64,000 nucleotides of DNA from Protoeuglena noctilucae. Lineage: Eukaryota. Within the stretch, counting starts at the first letter, position 1; every line of letters begins with the position of its first letter. Made by a program: the position numbers and the translations under genes. This document shows, one piece after another, positions 47,396 to 59,146 of the stretch. Below the pieces are notes generated by a model. The model was not told the origin of the DNA. It was given only the letters and a program-made list of their open reading frames with translations, and searched no databases. The stretch covers positions 186,001 to 250,000 of the forward strand of contig OY253689.1 in the NCBI GenBank assembly GCA_958009085.1. The letters are read 5' to 3'.

Positions 47396-49778
47396 TCAGT
47401 GAGCCTTGGCCGAGGCGCGTTGGATGGGCGGCTTGCCGTTCTGCTCAGACACCTTGACCTTGGACACCCTGCGTGGAACACACGGCGTGCATGCCGATTC
47501 GTAAACCACCCATTCCACGAAGCTCCACCACGCAACGCAGCACAAAGGGCCTGCTCCGCTGCATCGCGACTCGCGCTCCTCGACCCCTGCGCACAACGCG
47601 AGTATCATTCACATCCACCCAGTCAAATGGCATTCCAAATCACCTGGTTCCAAGAACCTCGACGCTCTTGGTCATCTCGGGCCCCGCCTCTCCGTTCGAG
47701 ACCGGGCTGGCTCGCGAGTCCCGCTTGCGCCCGTAAGAAGCCTCCTTGCCGCGCTCGACCCCCTGACCCGACGTCCCCTCCTGCGACGACGTCACGCTCG
47801 TCCGGCGCCGGAAGGAAATCGAGTGCTTGACCCGCTGCGCAAAGGTCGCCACCCGCGAAGTGCCCGCTTCCCCGTTCTCCTTCCCGGACACTGCCTTCCC
47901 GCCGTCCCGCGACGGCGCCACCTTGCCCGCTCCCGCCTGCGACGCGGCGCCCGCCGCGTTCCGCGTGAATATCCGAGACAGCACCGACCCCTGCCCCCGC
48001 CCCGCATCCTCCCCGTCTGTTGCGGGGCTCTTGGCTCCCCCCGTCTTCCGCGTCTGCGGCGATCGCCAGGAATGACGTCCACGATCGCAAACGCACGAAC
48101 CAAGGCTCCCAGTACCGGTAGGCAGGTGCATGAAGGGTGCACGCAGGGAGCTGGAGACCCGCCCGCCGCCCGCCTCTCACCTCCTCCCCGCCCGTCGTTG
48201 CCTTTTCCAAGGCCGGCGTCTTGCCGAGCGCCTCGTTGATGGCGCTCGTCGTGGCGACCAGCTCCGAGTCCCTTGGCTCCTCCACCTTGGGCGGCGCAGT
48301 CGGCATGTGCATGCGTATCCACGGGTGAGCCAACAGCTCCGCGCAAGTGGGGCGAGCCTTGGCGTCCCTGAGAGGGAAGGTAGCGGGGTGCGTGAGCCGG
48401 GTGCATTCGGGTCTAGGGGAGGCTGGCAGGTGCGTGGGGAGATATAGCGCTGTCGGTGTCTTTGCGCTCGCGACGGCAAGGCAACGTGGGTGGTAGCAGG
48501 GCTGGTCTGGGGACATAGCCCGGCTCGGTTGGTCGTCAGCAAGTCATGCGAGTCCCTGCGCACTCACTTGGTCATGCACAGGTTGAGAAAGTCCCAACAG
48601 ACGCGGGAGGGCCGGAAGCCCGCGGGCGGCTGCAGCACAAGCGAGTCCTGCTTCGACTTCAGGTCGTTGACGTCCTTGGCGCTGAAGGGTGGCCAGCCGA
48701 AGAGCGTTTCGTACACGAGCACCCCCAAGGCCCACACGTCGGCCCCTGTACCGTAGACCATCGCGAAGTTGTTCTTGTTCTCCCATGCATGGACCTTGTC
48801 CGCGCACGCGAGCACCTCCGGAGGCATGTAGTCGAGCGTCCCGACGCGCGAGACGGGCCGCTCGTCCGTGAAGCGGATGGACAGGCCAAAGTCGGCCAGC
48901 TTGACCGTCCCATGGTCGTCAATCATGATGTTCTCGGGCTTGATGTCGCGGTGGATGACGCCCAGCTGGTGCAGGTGTCGCAGCACCTGCAGGCCGGGGG
49001 CGGGCCGCACCTCTTGCCGGGTACAGCTGCCGCCAACGCAACCAGCGCCTCACGGAACCTGGGGCCCCCCGCACCTGGAGCATCGGCCAGGCGACCCTGC
49101 GGACCGTGGAGGCCTCGTCGAGGTGCTTGCGGTCCTCGAGGTACGCGAACAGATCGCCGTGCGGCATGAACTCCAGGACGAGGTAGTGGTTCTGCGCGTC
49201 CCCGAACGCGGCGTACAAATCGATCGCGTGCGGGTGCTTGATCTTGGAGTGAATCGCGATCTCCCGTGCGATCTGCATCTCGAGCACTTCGTGAACATTC
49301 TGCGCGCGCGAAGGGACGCCCAGCCGGTCACTTCGGCCGCGGCCCACGCTACCAGACCGGCCGTCGCATGCACCCGCCGCGGGGCGCCCATGCAAGGTAT
49401 TTCAGCTGCCACGCGGCGTCAACGGACCATCGCACATCCGTTCCCCGCGAGCGTCGCGATGGGGGCGGGCGCGCGGCCTGATGCGGGCGTCGGCAGGTCG
49501 CAACTTGACGGCCGCGCTTGCGGGCCACTTCTCGCCTTCTTGTAGACCTTAATGACGCAGGGATGGCTTGTGAGGCGACATTGAGCTTGATAGACGACGG
49601 AAGCGAACCCCGAGCCGAGCTCCCGGCCGATCTTGAACTGGCTGAGCGACCATCGGGCATCTGGGCGCGCGTCCGTCATCAGGGGCGGGCACGCCGCGCA
49701 AATGATCGCATCGCCCTTGCGCAGGGCGTCCGTCGTGACCTCAGGGCCATGGCCCGTCCGCGAAACGGGGAGGCTCAT
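47396..49778 (-). CDS. Aurora-like Ser/Thr protein kinase; 5' end uncertain
   Basis: [70 protein letters not shown]...HPW. Last exon VSKVK...AKAH-stop at 47396. Confidence 0.88.
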
Positions 49779-50732
49779 CCTGCGTGGGAGCGCGCGAAAG
49801 CATTACTTCGATGGAGGAGGGGCGACAGAGCCCAGGCGGGCCCCTGCTTTCCTTGGGAGGGAAAGGTTTCTATGGACGTCAACATCCCTCGGCCCGGCAG
49901 CGTCCAAATGATCCAAGCCCGCGCCACCTAAGGCACGCATGCCACCGTGCGCAGTCCCGCCACATTCCTGGGCAAGCACCGGACGCGCCCGTCCGCGGCC
50001 CACCAGGGAAACCTGATTTTGCCAAGCAGCAGCGCACTGGATGGCCAGGAGGGCCAGACATGGAAGCGCAGGGCACGAAGAAACGACGAGTGGCAGAGGG
50101 ACGTCACGAAGCAGCGCCCCTCCCAATGCTTCATGACAAAAATGCTTTTGCGATATCCATGTGTCCGCTAGGCCCCCGACCTTCGAAGGGAGCCAAAAGC
50201 GGCAAGACGTCGCTTCACCCGCGCATGACTGCTGCGCCTCGCCTTGAGAACGCCCGTCAGAGAACGGCGGATGCAGTTGCCACTGCCGGGCGGCCCGGGC
50301 ACGGCGTCCGCGCTGCAGCCCCTCCCTGCGCGCTACCGCATGGCCACCAAAGCGCGCCTCTCCACGTCTCAGCCGTTTATCTAGCGATTGCCTCGACAAC
50401 TGGATAGAAAGGCAGCTGCAGGCACACGACTCCAGCGGGTGACGGCGCTCAGTACGTCATGTGTAGCCCCCAGGAACAGGTCAACGGCACTCTGGGCAGG
50501 CCAGTTACTGCACATGCGGATTCGCACACGAAACTGCACACGGACAGCGCCGGGGGAGCCCAAGTTGTGGACGAAGCGCCGAAGCCCTCGTCGACGTCGC
50601 CAGGACTGGCTGTGCCAAGCGAGCCGCTGTTATGTCCGCCAGCGCTGGGCCCTGCAATATTCCTGTTCGATCGGTGGAAAGGCGATACCCGCCCCTGCCT
50701 GGCTGAAACTCTCACAGGCGGCCTGGGCGGCG

Positions 50733-53243
50733 ATGTCTTGGCTAGCGCTGAGCGCCAGGGCGGCGAGGGCCGCGGGCCTGGCTCCGCGATGCAGAGCCGA
50801 GGCGCTGGGGAAGCGATGCTTCCGGCGGGTCACCTCGGCGCGGGCGTCCATGGCCGTGGAGGAGCGCCAGAGTGCAGAGGCAGCGACCACCAGCGCGCAG
50901 CCCTCATACCGCGCCTACCTGGACTTCAAGCACATCCGGGACAACGCCGACGCAATTAAGCAGAACTGTCAGCGCCGAAAAGCAGGTGAGGGAAGGGATC
51001 GCCGCGGGGTTGCGCGCGCTTCGCCCCACGCGGCCAGTCCCGTTCATCCGTTCCCTGCCGTCGCCATGCGAAGCCGGGACGGCATCCACCTCGCCGTTCA
51101 TGCTGCTGCCTGCATTTGCAACTATTGCACCTGCCCCTCATCGCTGCAGCGGTCGACATCGACGCGGTTGTGCGGCAGTACGAGGAGTACCTCCAGCTCA
51201 CGGCCCAGGTGGATGCGCTGCGGGCGAAGAGGAACGACAACAGCAAGGCGATGAAGGGGAAGCTGGACCAGGAGGTGACGCGGGCGGTGGCGCAACGGAT
51301 GGGCCTTTGCAAGCGACTGCTGGGAGCCGGAGAAAAGCTTTTTGAAGAGCCTGTCGCTCCCGCAGACCCGGAACAAGTTGATTGAGGAGGGGAAGCGCCT
51401 CAAAGACGACATCGCGAGCTTGGAGGAGCGGCTACGCGCCGCAGGTGGGCCTAGCGGTCTTGACAGAAATGGGCTGCGACGTTTGGGACGTCGATGTCTG
51501 GAGAGAGGCAACGGTGGCTTTCTTGCTGGCTCGCAGAGAACGAGCTGCAGCTGGAGGCCCAGAAGATTCCGAACGGCACGCACCCGGACGTGCCCACGGG
51601 AGGGGAGGAGAACGCGGCGGTGCTCATGGAGGTCGGCGCCCCTCGGCAGTTCGAATTCCCCATCAAGGTGACGGGCGCACGGGGACACGGTAGCAGACCT
51701 GGCTGCTTCACGTAAAAAGAAATGCCGAGTCATCCAATATGAGCGCCACTGATCATCTTGCGCCCCAGGTGCGTGTCCGGCCCAATGCACCTCGACGCAA
51801 TTGCTGCACCTACGCATGCACTCAAGACCTCGTAGCTGCAACCATGACGCGCTGCGTATCGGCTTCCCACAGAACCACGTGGAGGTGGGGGAGGCCCTGG
51901 GGCTGGTGGACTTTGACCGGGGAGCAGAGGTGTCCGGGTCCAAGTTCTACTACATGAAGGGCATGGGGGCCCTGCTGGAGCTGGCGCTCATCAACTACGC
52001 CATGGCCAAGTGCCTGGCCAAGGGCTTCGTCCCGTACACCACGCCGGACCTCGGTGCGTGCGGGAGGCATGCGGGCGGGGTGACGTCAGCGGCAGGGTGG
52101 CGTGACGTGACCTGATGCGTCACGCTATGTCACACTGAATCTGTGCTTTTGCAAGTCACCGTGTGCGGCTCCGTGGCGCCGATGCCAGTATGAGCCTACG
52201 CCCCGTGACCTGCAGTGCGCGCATCTGTGATGGAGAAGTGCGGGTTCCAGCCCAGGGGAGACTCGACGCAGATATACTCGGTGGCCGGGAGCGACCTGTG
52301 CCTGACGGGCACTGCCGAGGTCCCCTTGGGTGGGGTGTACATGGACCAGACCCTGGACGAGGCCCAGCTGCCCATCCGCATGTGCGCGTTTGGCCACTGC
52401 TTCCGAACTGAGGCTGGCGCCGCTGGGATGGCCGGCAAGGGGCTCTACCGCGTCCACCAGTTCTCCAAGGTGTGACTTGTTTGTGGAGTAAATGTCGCAC
52501 GGAGCCCCGGACTTGGCACATGTGCACCCGGAGGCCGCGAGCGTTGTGTCTGAGGCGCACGTGCCATGACTCGAAGCGACACCGCCTGCGTTGCATGTTC
52601 CATCTCAGTACCAGTCGCACGGCCGCACGTGCAGTGGAGGTGTATATGTGACTGCGCCACGATGCGCCGCTCCCCGTGCCACGCAGGTGGAGATGTTCGT
52701 GGTGTGCACTCCCGAGCAGAGCGACGCGCTGCACCAGGAGCTCCTCGAGCTCGAGCGGGAGATGTTCGCCGACCTCGGCTTGCACTTCAAAATCCTCGAC
52801 ATGCCCACGCACGACCTCGGAGCACCCGCGTACCGCAAGTTCGACGTCGAGGCGTGGATGCCGGGGCTCGAGCGGTACGGCGAGATCTCGAGCGCGTCCA
52901 ACTGCACCGACTACCAGTCCCGCAGGCTCAACATCCGGTACAGACCCGCCAGCGAGGCCGCCGACCCAAAGCGGGCCAAGACCCAGTTTGTGCACACCCT
53001 GGTGAGTCTGCACATATGAACGTGAAGAAAGTGACTGCGGCTGGCTTGGGGATCACACGTGGAACTGGCACGGTCGATGGAACACTGGCGCTTTCCCTGC
53101 AGAACGCGACTGCCGTCGCTGTGCCGCGGATGATGGTGGCCATCCTGGAGAATTTCCAAGAGGCAGACGGCACCGTCAACATCCCCGAAGCCCTGCGGCC
53201 GTATCTGCCGGGCAACCCTGCCAAGATCTCCCCCAGCAAGTGA
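50733..53243 (+). CDS. Organellar seryl-tRNA synthetase
   Basis: [81 protein letters not shown]. Transit peptide present. Confidence 0.95.
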
Positions 53244-53572
53244 CGTGTCCCATGCGCAGCGGTAGGGTAGGCATGGCAGCTCTACTCTTTGTGAAACTCC
53301 ATCCGCAAGTGGGTCCTGGCAGGCGTCTTCAAACGCGGCGGAGCTGTGCCGATGCGCTATGCTGGGACCGGGCAGGCAGCTCCGCTGTCCCGGATGGGTC
53401 GGGCGCCGCAAAACAGACCATCACAACTCCCCGTCGCCACGATCCTCATGTCGTGCATCGAAACAGCGACTACGTCGCCTGGGCCGCGGCCCCAGGCCTT
53501 CCATGAACCCAGCGCAGGCCGCCCCAAGTCTTTGGCTCGTGTGTCTCTGGCCGTGTGCCAGGCAGGTGCCCC

Positions 53573-54993
53573 TCACGCGTGCTTCGAGTCACCGATGATG
53601 TGGCCCCTGCGTGGAACCGACTTACGATGCGCTTATCGTCTCCGCGCGCCGGCGACGACGCTCGCGAAGCAAGGCGCAACCGTGTCGCCCAACACTGCGT
53701 CGCCCCAACCGCCTCACCCAAAGAACGGGCTCATCTCGAGGATGACGTCGCCGTACGACACCGGCTCCCCGTCCTCGACGACGAAGGCCCCGACCTCCCC
53801 CGCCTGGGGCGCGAGCACAGGCTCGAAGATGCCCAGCTTCTCCACGTACGCCAGAACCTGGCCCTTCTTGACCGTGTCGCCCTCCTCCGCCGAGTTGCCC
53901 TTGCCGACGCGCTTCCCCTTCACGTACTTCCCGCGCCGCATGATGCCCACCGTCGGGGCCGTCACCGGCATCACCGTGCCGTCGTCCTCCTCCTCCGCGT
54001 ACTCCTCGACCGACGATGCTGCCGGGGCCGGCCGGGGCTCCGGGGACTGCGTCACGACCGGCGCGGGCGCGGCGACGGCGACGGGGGCCGCGGCCTCCGT
54101 CCGACGAACCACGCGCATCTGGAAGGCGCCGATCTCCAGCTCCACCTGCGGCGCGCGGCGTGGCAGCCGAGACCTTGATCCTTCCCACGGCGGCAGCCGG
54201 GTGCTCGGGCGGAGCGCCCTCTGGGTGAAATCGCACGTACTCAGCATCTGCAAGACGCGGCGGCTGTGGCGGGGCGGGAGCTCGCCTGCGCAAACTGGGT
54301 CTGGTCGCAAATCAGGTCGATTAGCGTGACGACCTGCTCGGGCGTGAGGCCGTCCTTCTCGTGGCCCTCCCGCACCTTGACCTCCACCGGCTTCACTGCG
54401 AGTGGAAGCTGCGGGCGCATCGCCACCCCGCGCTGTAGGAGGTCGGCCCAAGCCAAACTCGCGGCCAGACGGGCGTGGGCCGGGATTGCAGCGTATCCGC
54501 GCGTCACCCCAGGCGCGGTGAACCAGGAACGGAGCGATGATACAAAGCGCTGCGCCGCCCGGGCCGCACGGGGTCGCTCGCGAGCGGCACCACGCCGTTC
54601 GAGGGCCCTCGGGGGTGGACCGGCGGGACGCGAGCTCGGAACGACCAAAAGCTAGTTATTCAGACGAACGGAACTGCCATCGCATTCCGCCCGTGGGAGG
54701 TCGGTCCCCACATTCACCGCAGCCCCCCAAATGGCATCCGCAGGCCCCGCCCCGGCGTGGCAGGGCCTCACGCCGCCACGACTCGGTCGGATTTGACCGC
54801 GATCGACATCCCAAGAAATCCCAACGTCCAAGGGCGCGCCCCGGGGCCCCGGCGCCTCTATCGAGTCCTCGCCTTCGGGCTTGGCCTCCGTGGTCGTCCG
54901 CACCGCCGAGTGCGCCACGAGCCTAGTCCCCCGGGAGCATCCCCGCACCCTCGCGCCCGCGCAGGCGGGGGCCGCGACGGTCGCCAGCGGCAT
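53573..54993 (-). CDS. BADC: Biotin-attachment-domain-containing protein (BADC; non-biotinylatable BCCP-like), plastid
   Basis: ICDQTQFAQ|VELEIGAFQMRV, VTAPTVGIMRRG, EGDTVKKGQVLAYVEKLGIFEPV (no EAMK). Last exon PFFG|GHIIGDSKHA-stop. Confidence 0.85.
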
Positions 54994-55260
54994 TGCGCCC
55001 GACCTACGGTTCCCGAACGCGAAGCCAGAATCCAGGGACGGGGGGCGTGGAGAGACGACCGGCCGCGAGCTCCGAAGCGCCTGCTGAGATCGGGCGGAGG
55101 CGGAGCGCGGCAAAAAACGGCGTCCGACATCTGCCAGTACACAGCCCTGGCGTCGCTCATCGGGGCCCTCCCGGCATCCCGCGCCGCAGTGATGACCTGA
55201 CTGTGCACGAATGGAACCCCTTGACGAGCCCGCAATCCGCATCTACCCGCCTCCGTCGTC

Positions 55261-57073
55261 ATGTTCGCCTCTGCCGTGACCGCCCGCCCTGCCGGGGCCG
55301 TTGCGGGGCCCCGGTCGCGGCAGCGGACGGTGCGCGTGTGCGCGGTCGCGGAGACCACGCGCTCTGCGCAGGGCAGGAAGCAGGTGCGCACCCGTTCCTC
55401 TCCCGGAGCGGGGAGCAGTTTTGCTTAGCAGAGGGACGTGTTATCTGGCGCGCTGCGCCCGATGCCCCTTCCCAAGCACGCGACGCTGCGCGCATCGAAT
55501 GCGATACTCACATTTCGTCGTTGCGCTAACCCTCCCGCGGATCTGCAGCGCCATCCAAGCCAGGCAAGCAAGACGCGGTGCAATCTCCGTGCCAACCGTC
55601 CCTTGCCCGCAGGCCGCGTCGCCGAAGGGCACCCCCGAGCCCTATCCCATGGACCAGTCCTCTAGGCCCCGCCGCAACCGGCGCAGCGAGGTCAGTGGCG
55701 CTTCCCAGCACCAGAGCCATGATGTCGCTGCTATGGACTGCAACTGAATGGCCCCCTGCCCCGGCTGTTCCGCAGGCCATCCGCCGCGGCATCCGCGAGA
55801 CCTTCCTGGGTCCCGAGCACTTCATCCTGCCCATCTTCGTCCACGAGGAGGGTGAGAGCGCCTTCTGTTGCTCCCGCTGTCGACCCCAGCAGCAAGACAG
55901 CTAGCTTGCACTATTGGCCGCCCCACCCTCTGAGCTGCCCCCCCCCCCGTGCGCCTCCGGCCGTAGAGAAGAACGTGCCGATCCCGTCCATGCCTGGGAT
56001 CGAGCGTCTCTCGTTCAAGAACAGCGTCAAGGACTACGTGGCGCGGGCACGGTCCCTGGGCGTCAACCAGGTGGTGATCTTCCCCAAGACTCCCGACCAC
56101 CTGAAGTCGCCCATCGGGGAGGAGGCCTTCAACCCGGACGGCCTGTCGCAGCGGACCATCCGCCTCCTCAAGGACTCGTTCCCTGACCTCGAGGTCTACA
56201 CGGACGTCGCACTCGACCCGTACAGCACGGACGGCCACGACGGGATCGTGCGCGACGACGGCGTCATCCTCAACGACCAGACCATCGAGCTCCTTTGTCG
56301 CCAGGCCGTCTCCCAGGCTGAGGCCGGGGCGGACTGCGTGGCGCCCTCGGACATGATGGACAGCCGCGTCGCCGCCATCCGCGAGAGCCTCGACATGAAC
56401 GGCTTCACGGACGTCTCCATCATGTCCTACACGGCCAAGTACGCCTCCGCTTACTACGGCCCGTTCCGTGACGCCCTCGACTCTGCCCCGCGTGCCGGCG
56501 AGACGGGGCGCGTCATCCCGCCCAACAAGCGCACGTACCAGATGGACCCCGCCAACCTCCGCGAGGCCCTCCGGTTAGTGTTTTCGCGCCGACGCGGGAG
56601 CGGCCACAAGCTCACACCCACTACGCTTGCGCAGGGTGGGCGGGTCACGCCGCGCGCCGCTTAGGCGGGCACGGTGCCCGGGCGTCCCCCTCGACTGCCA
56701 CCGCCGCCCGGTGCCTGATGCCGGCAATCAGCAAGCTGCGGGGACCTGCATCGCGCTCGGCTGCTCCTGCAGGGAGGCGGAGCTGGACGAGATGGAGGGT
56801 GCGGACATCTTGATGGTCAAGCCGGGGCTGCCCTACCTGGACGTCATCCGGTACCTGCGGGACAACACGACGCTGCCGGTGTCCGCGTACCACGTGTCTG
56901 GGGAGTATGCCATGCTCAAGGCGGCAGCGGAGCGGGGGTGGCTGAACGAGAAGGACGTGGCGCTGGAAACGCTCATGTGCTTCCGCCGCGCGGGGGCCGA
57001 CATCATCCTGACCTACTTCGCGGCACAGGCGGCCGAGTGGATAGCGGGGGACAAGATGCCGCGCCTCTACTGA
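55261..57073 (+). CDS. HEMB: Delta-aminolevulinic acid dehydratase (porphobilinogen synthase), plastid
   Basis: [22 protein letters not shown] (Asp-rich plant/Mg type), [42 protein letters not shown]. Confidence 0.96.
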
Positions 57074-57193
57074 GCCCATATGTCCAGCCAGGCCCACACT
57101 CGGGGCCACTTGCGTCACGTCTCTTCATTCACGAGGGCATCCCTTTGCAATAATCCGAACATCTTGAAACGTACGGTCCATACTAAGCACTAC

Positions 57194-57859
57194 TCAATTC
57201 TGCCCGCCGCCTTTCGCGCCTTGGTCCCCGAACATCTCAATGGCGGTGGCGGCCACCCCTGCGAGGGAAGATGCGATCCTACGGGGTTCGGATGCCAGGC
57301 TCTGCCGCGGCGCAAGTAGCTGCGGCTCCAGCAGCCCTCAGCGCACCTAGCAAGTCGGTGAAGGTCCCCACGGCTCCCCGAAGCATCTTGGGGTCGGTGG
57401 CGCAGAAGTGGATCAGGACATCGTTCCCCTCGGACTTCACTACCTTTTGCACGTTCGCAGGATGCAGCTGCGGTTGCAAAATGGATACAGGGGGCCACCT
57501 CGGCCTCGCTGCGGAAACCCAACAGCTGCCGTGGCGCAGACAGGCTGCGCAACCGCATTCACGGCCCGTTGGGATGCCGACGGAAAGAAACTTCGCAGCA
57601 ATCACCTCCTGGTCGACGCTCAGGGCCCTTGACACCATCAGGGCATGCTCCGGAGTGGCGAACGTGACTCGCGACGAGTATTCGTACGGCTGCGGGCAGA
57701 GTGCGAGCGATGAGTCAGCTGCAGGTATCTATGTCATATCATGCGTCCATTCACAGCCGATTTTCGCTTTCAGGCAGTCGCCTGGTCTCTGGGCAACCAG
57801 AGACTCGCCTTCTCCGCCGCCTTCTCCGCCGCTTTCTCCCCTACCTCCTCCTCCCCCAT
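57194..57859 (-). CDS. PCC1: KEOPS complex subunit Pcc1/LAGE3
   Basis: YSSRVTFATPEHALMVSRALSVDQE|LHPANVQKVVKSEGNDVLIHFCATDPKMLRGAVGTFTDLL|GVAATAIEMFG. Confidence 0.85.
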
Positions 57860-58235
57860 CGCAACGAGCTGCACCCTGTCTTTGCACACACCCAATCAGA
57901 CTTGGGGCGCGCGGAGCTGAGCGTGGAAAGCGGCAGGAATACGCTGGGGAGGCTGAAGTCAATCCTGGCCCACGATTCGGGTGGATGGATGGCAGCCTCG
58001 AATGCCACACGCACAAAGAATGCACAGCCTGCGGCTGCTCCGCGGTTTTTGCCTAAAGCTCTGCAGGTCAAAGCGCATGTCTCTGGTGTCAGTGACCTGC
58101 CCTCTGTAAAGCCGCCGGGCCTCGCACCGACTCGATCGTGTCCTGTCACGCGCGCCTGCGCACTGGGGTACGCCCATAGCCCTTCAATTTTTTTCAGCTG
58201 CTCCTTTCCTGGCTAGCTCGAGCGGTGCAAGCGCG

Positions 58236-59114
58236 ATGGCTCCGCGCGGGCAGGGGCGGGGCAGGGGCGGCCGCTCTGTGACCGCACAGCCGGGGCCCCA
58301 GACGCCAGCGCTCCCAGGAGGCCCTGGTCGGGGCACGCGAGGTGGGTGTTTGGGCCTGTTTGGGACACGCGAGCGTTGCCCGGAACTGAAACATGCAGCG
58401 ATCAATTATGTTGATGGCGAGAAATCAATCGGCCTGTGCGTCGGTGCGTCGCAGGGCGCGGGCGCGGGGTGGGAAGGGCAGGCGCTATGCAGCAAGCTCC
58501 GGCACCTGTTCCGCGCCCGGCGCGCACGGTGACCACGAGGACTCCTCTAAAACCGGCCGGAGGAGTCACGAAGGCCACATTTGCGCCGCCGAAGACCTTG
58601 AACGAGCGGGGTGAGGGGCACGCTGGGGCCTGCTGACAACAGAGCACTGCTGACCCGTTGTCCTCCACGCATGTCCATGTCCTGCACGCAGTCACGATGC
58701 TCATGCAGGAGCAAGCTCTCAGGCGGCAGCAGGCGCAGCAAGGTGCGTCCATGCCAGCGTACGTGCAGGGTTTCCGTCTGCCTTTCCGCATGCACGAGCG
58801 TCGCCTCCTGCTCTTGCGCCGCAGCCGTCCAGCCCTACGCGAGCCAACAGGTCACGATTCCTGGGAGCATGCCCAGCATGGGGCGTGGCGGGGCCAGGCC
58901 CCGCGGGTTGAGGCCGGCACCGCAGCCCCAGGTCATCATGCCGGGCCCCGTGCCGCCCGCGGCGACGGCAAGGAACCCTCCTCGCCCGGCGGCGGCAATG
59001 GGCATGGCGGCGACTAGGAGCGCGGCGGCGGGGAGGGGCGGGGCAGCGAGGGGCGGGGCGGTCGTGCGCGGTCGCGGCGTGCGAGGGCGTGGCCGGGGGC
59101 GTGGGCGCGGGTGA
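58236..59114 (+). CDS. Small RG/RGG-rich protein, possibly RNA-binding
   Basis: Four in-phase exons. RG repeats at both ends. Internal PPKTLNER|VTML. Confidence 0.65.
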
Positions 59115-59146
59115 CGTGTTTTCAAACGGTGCCTTTGTCAATGTGC

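Noticed and set aside
37956..50400. X-box-like palindromes (GTTGCCAGGGAAC at 37956, ATTGCCTCGACAAC at 50387) and TCGCGA sites near promoters
   Set aside because: Imperfect matches that are expected by chance at this GC content, and RFX factors are not established in green algae.
58236..59114. Sm D1/D3 call based on the C-terminal RG repeats
   Set aside because: No Sm1/Sm2 fold motifs are present.
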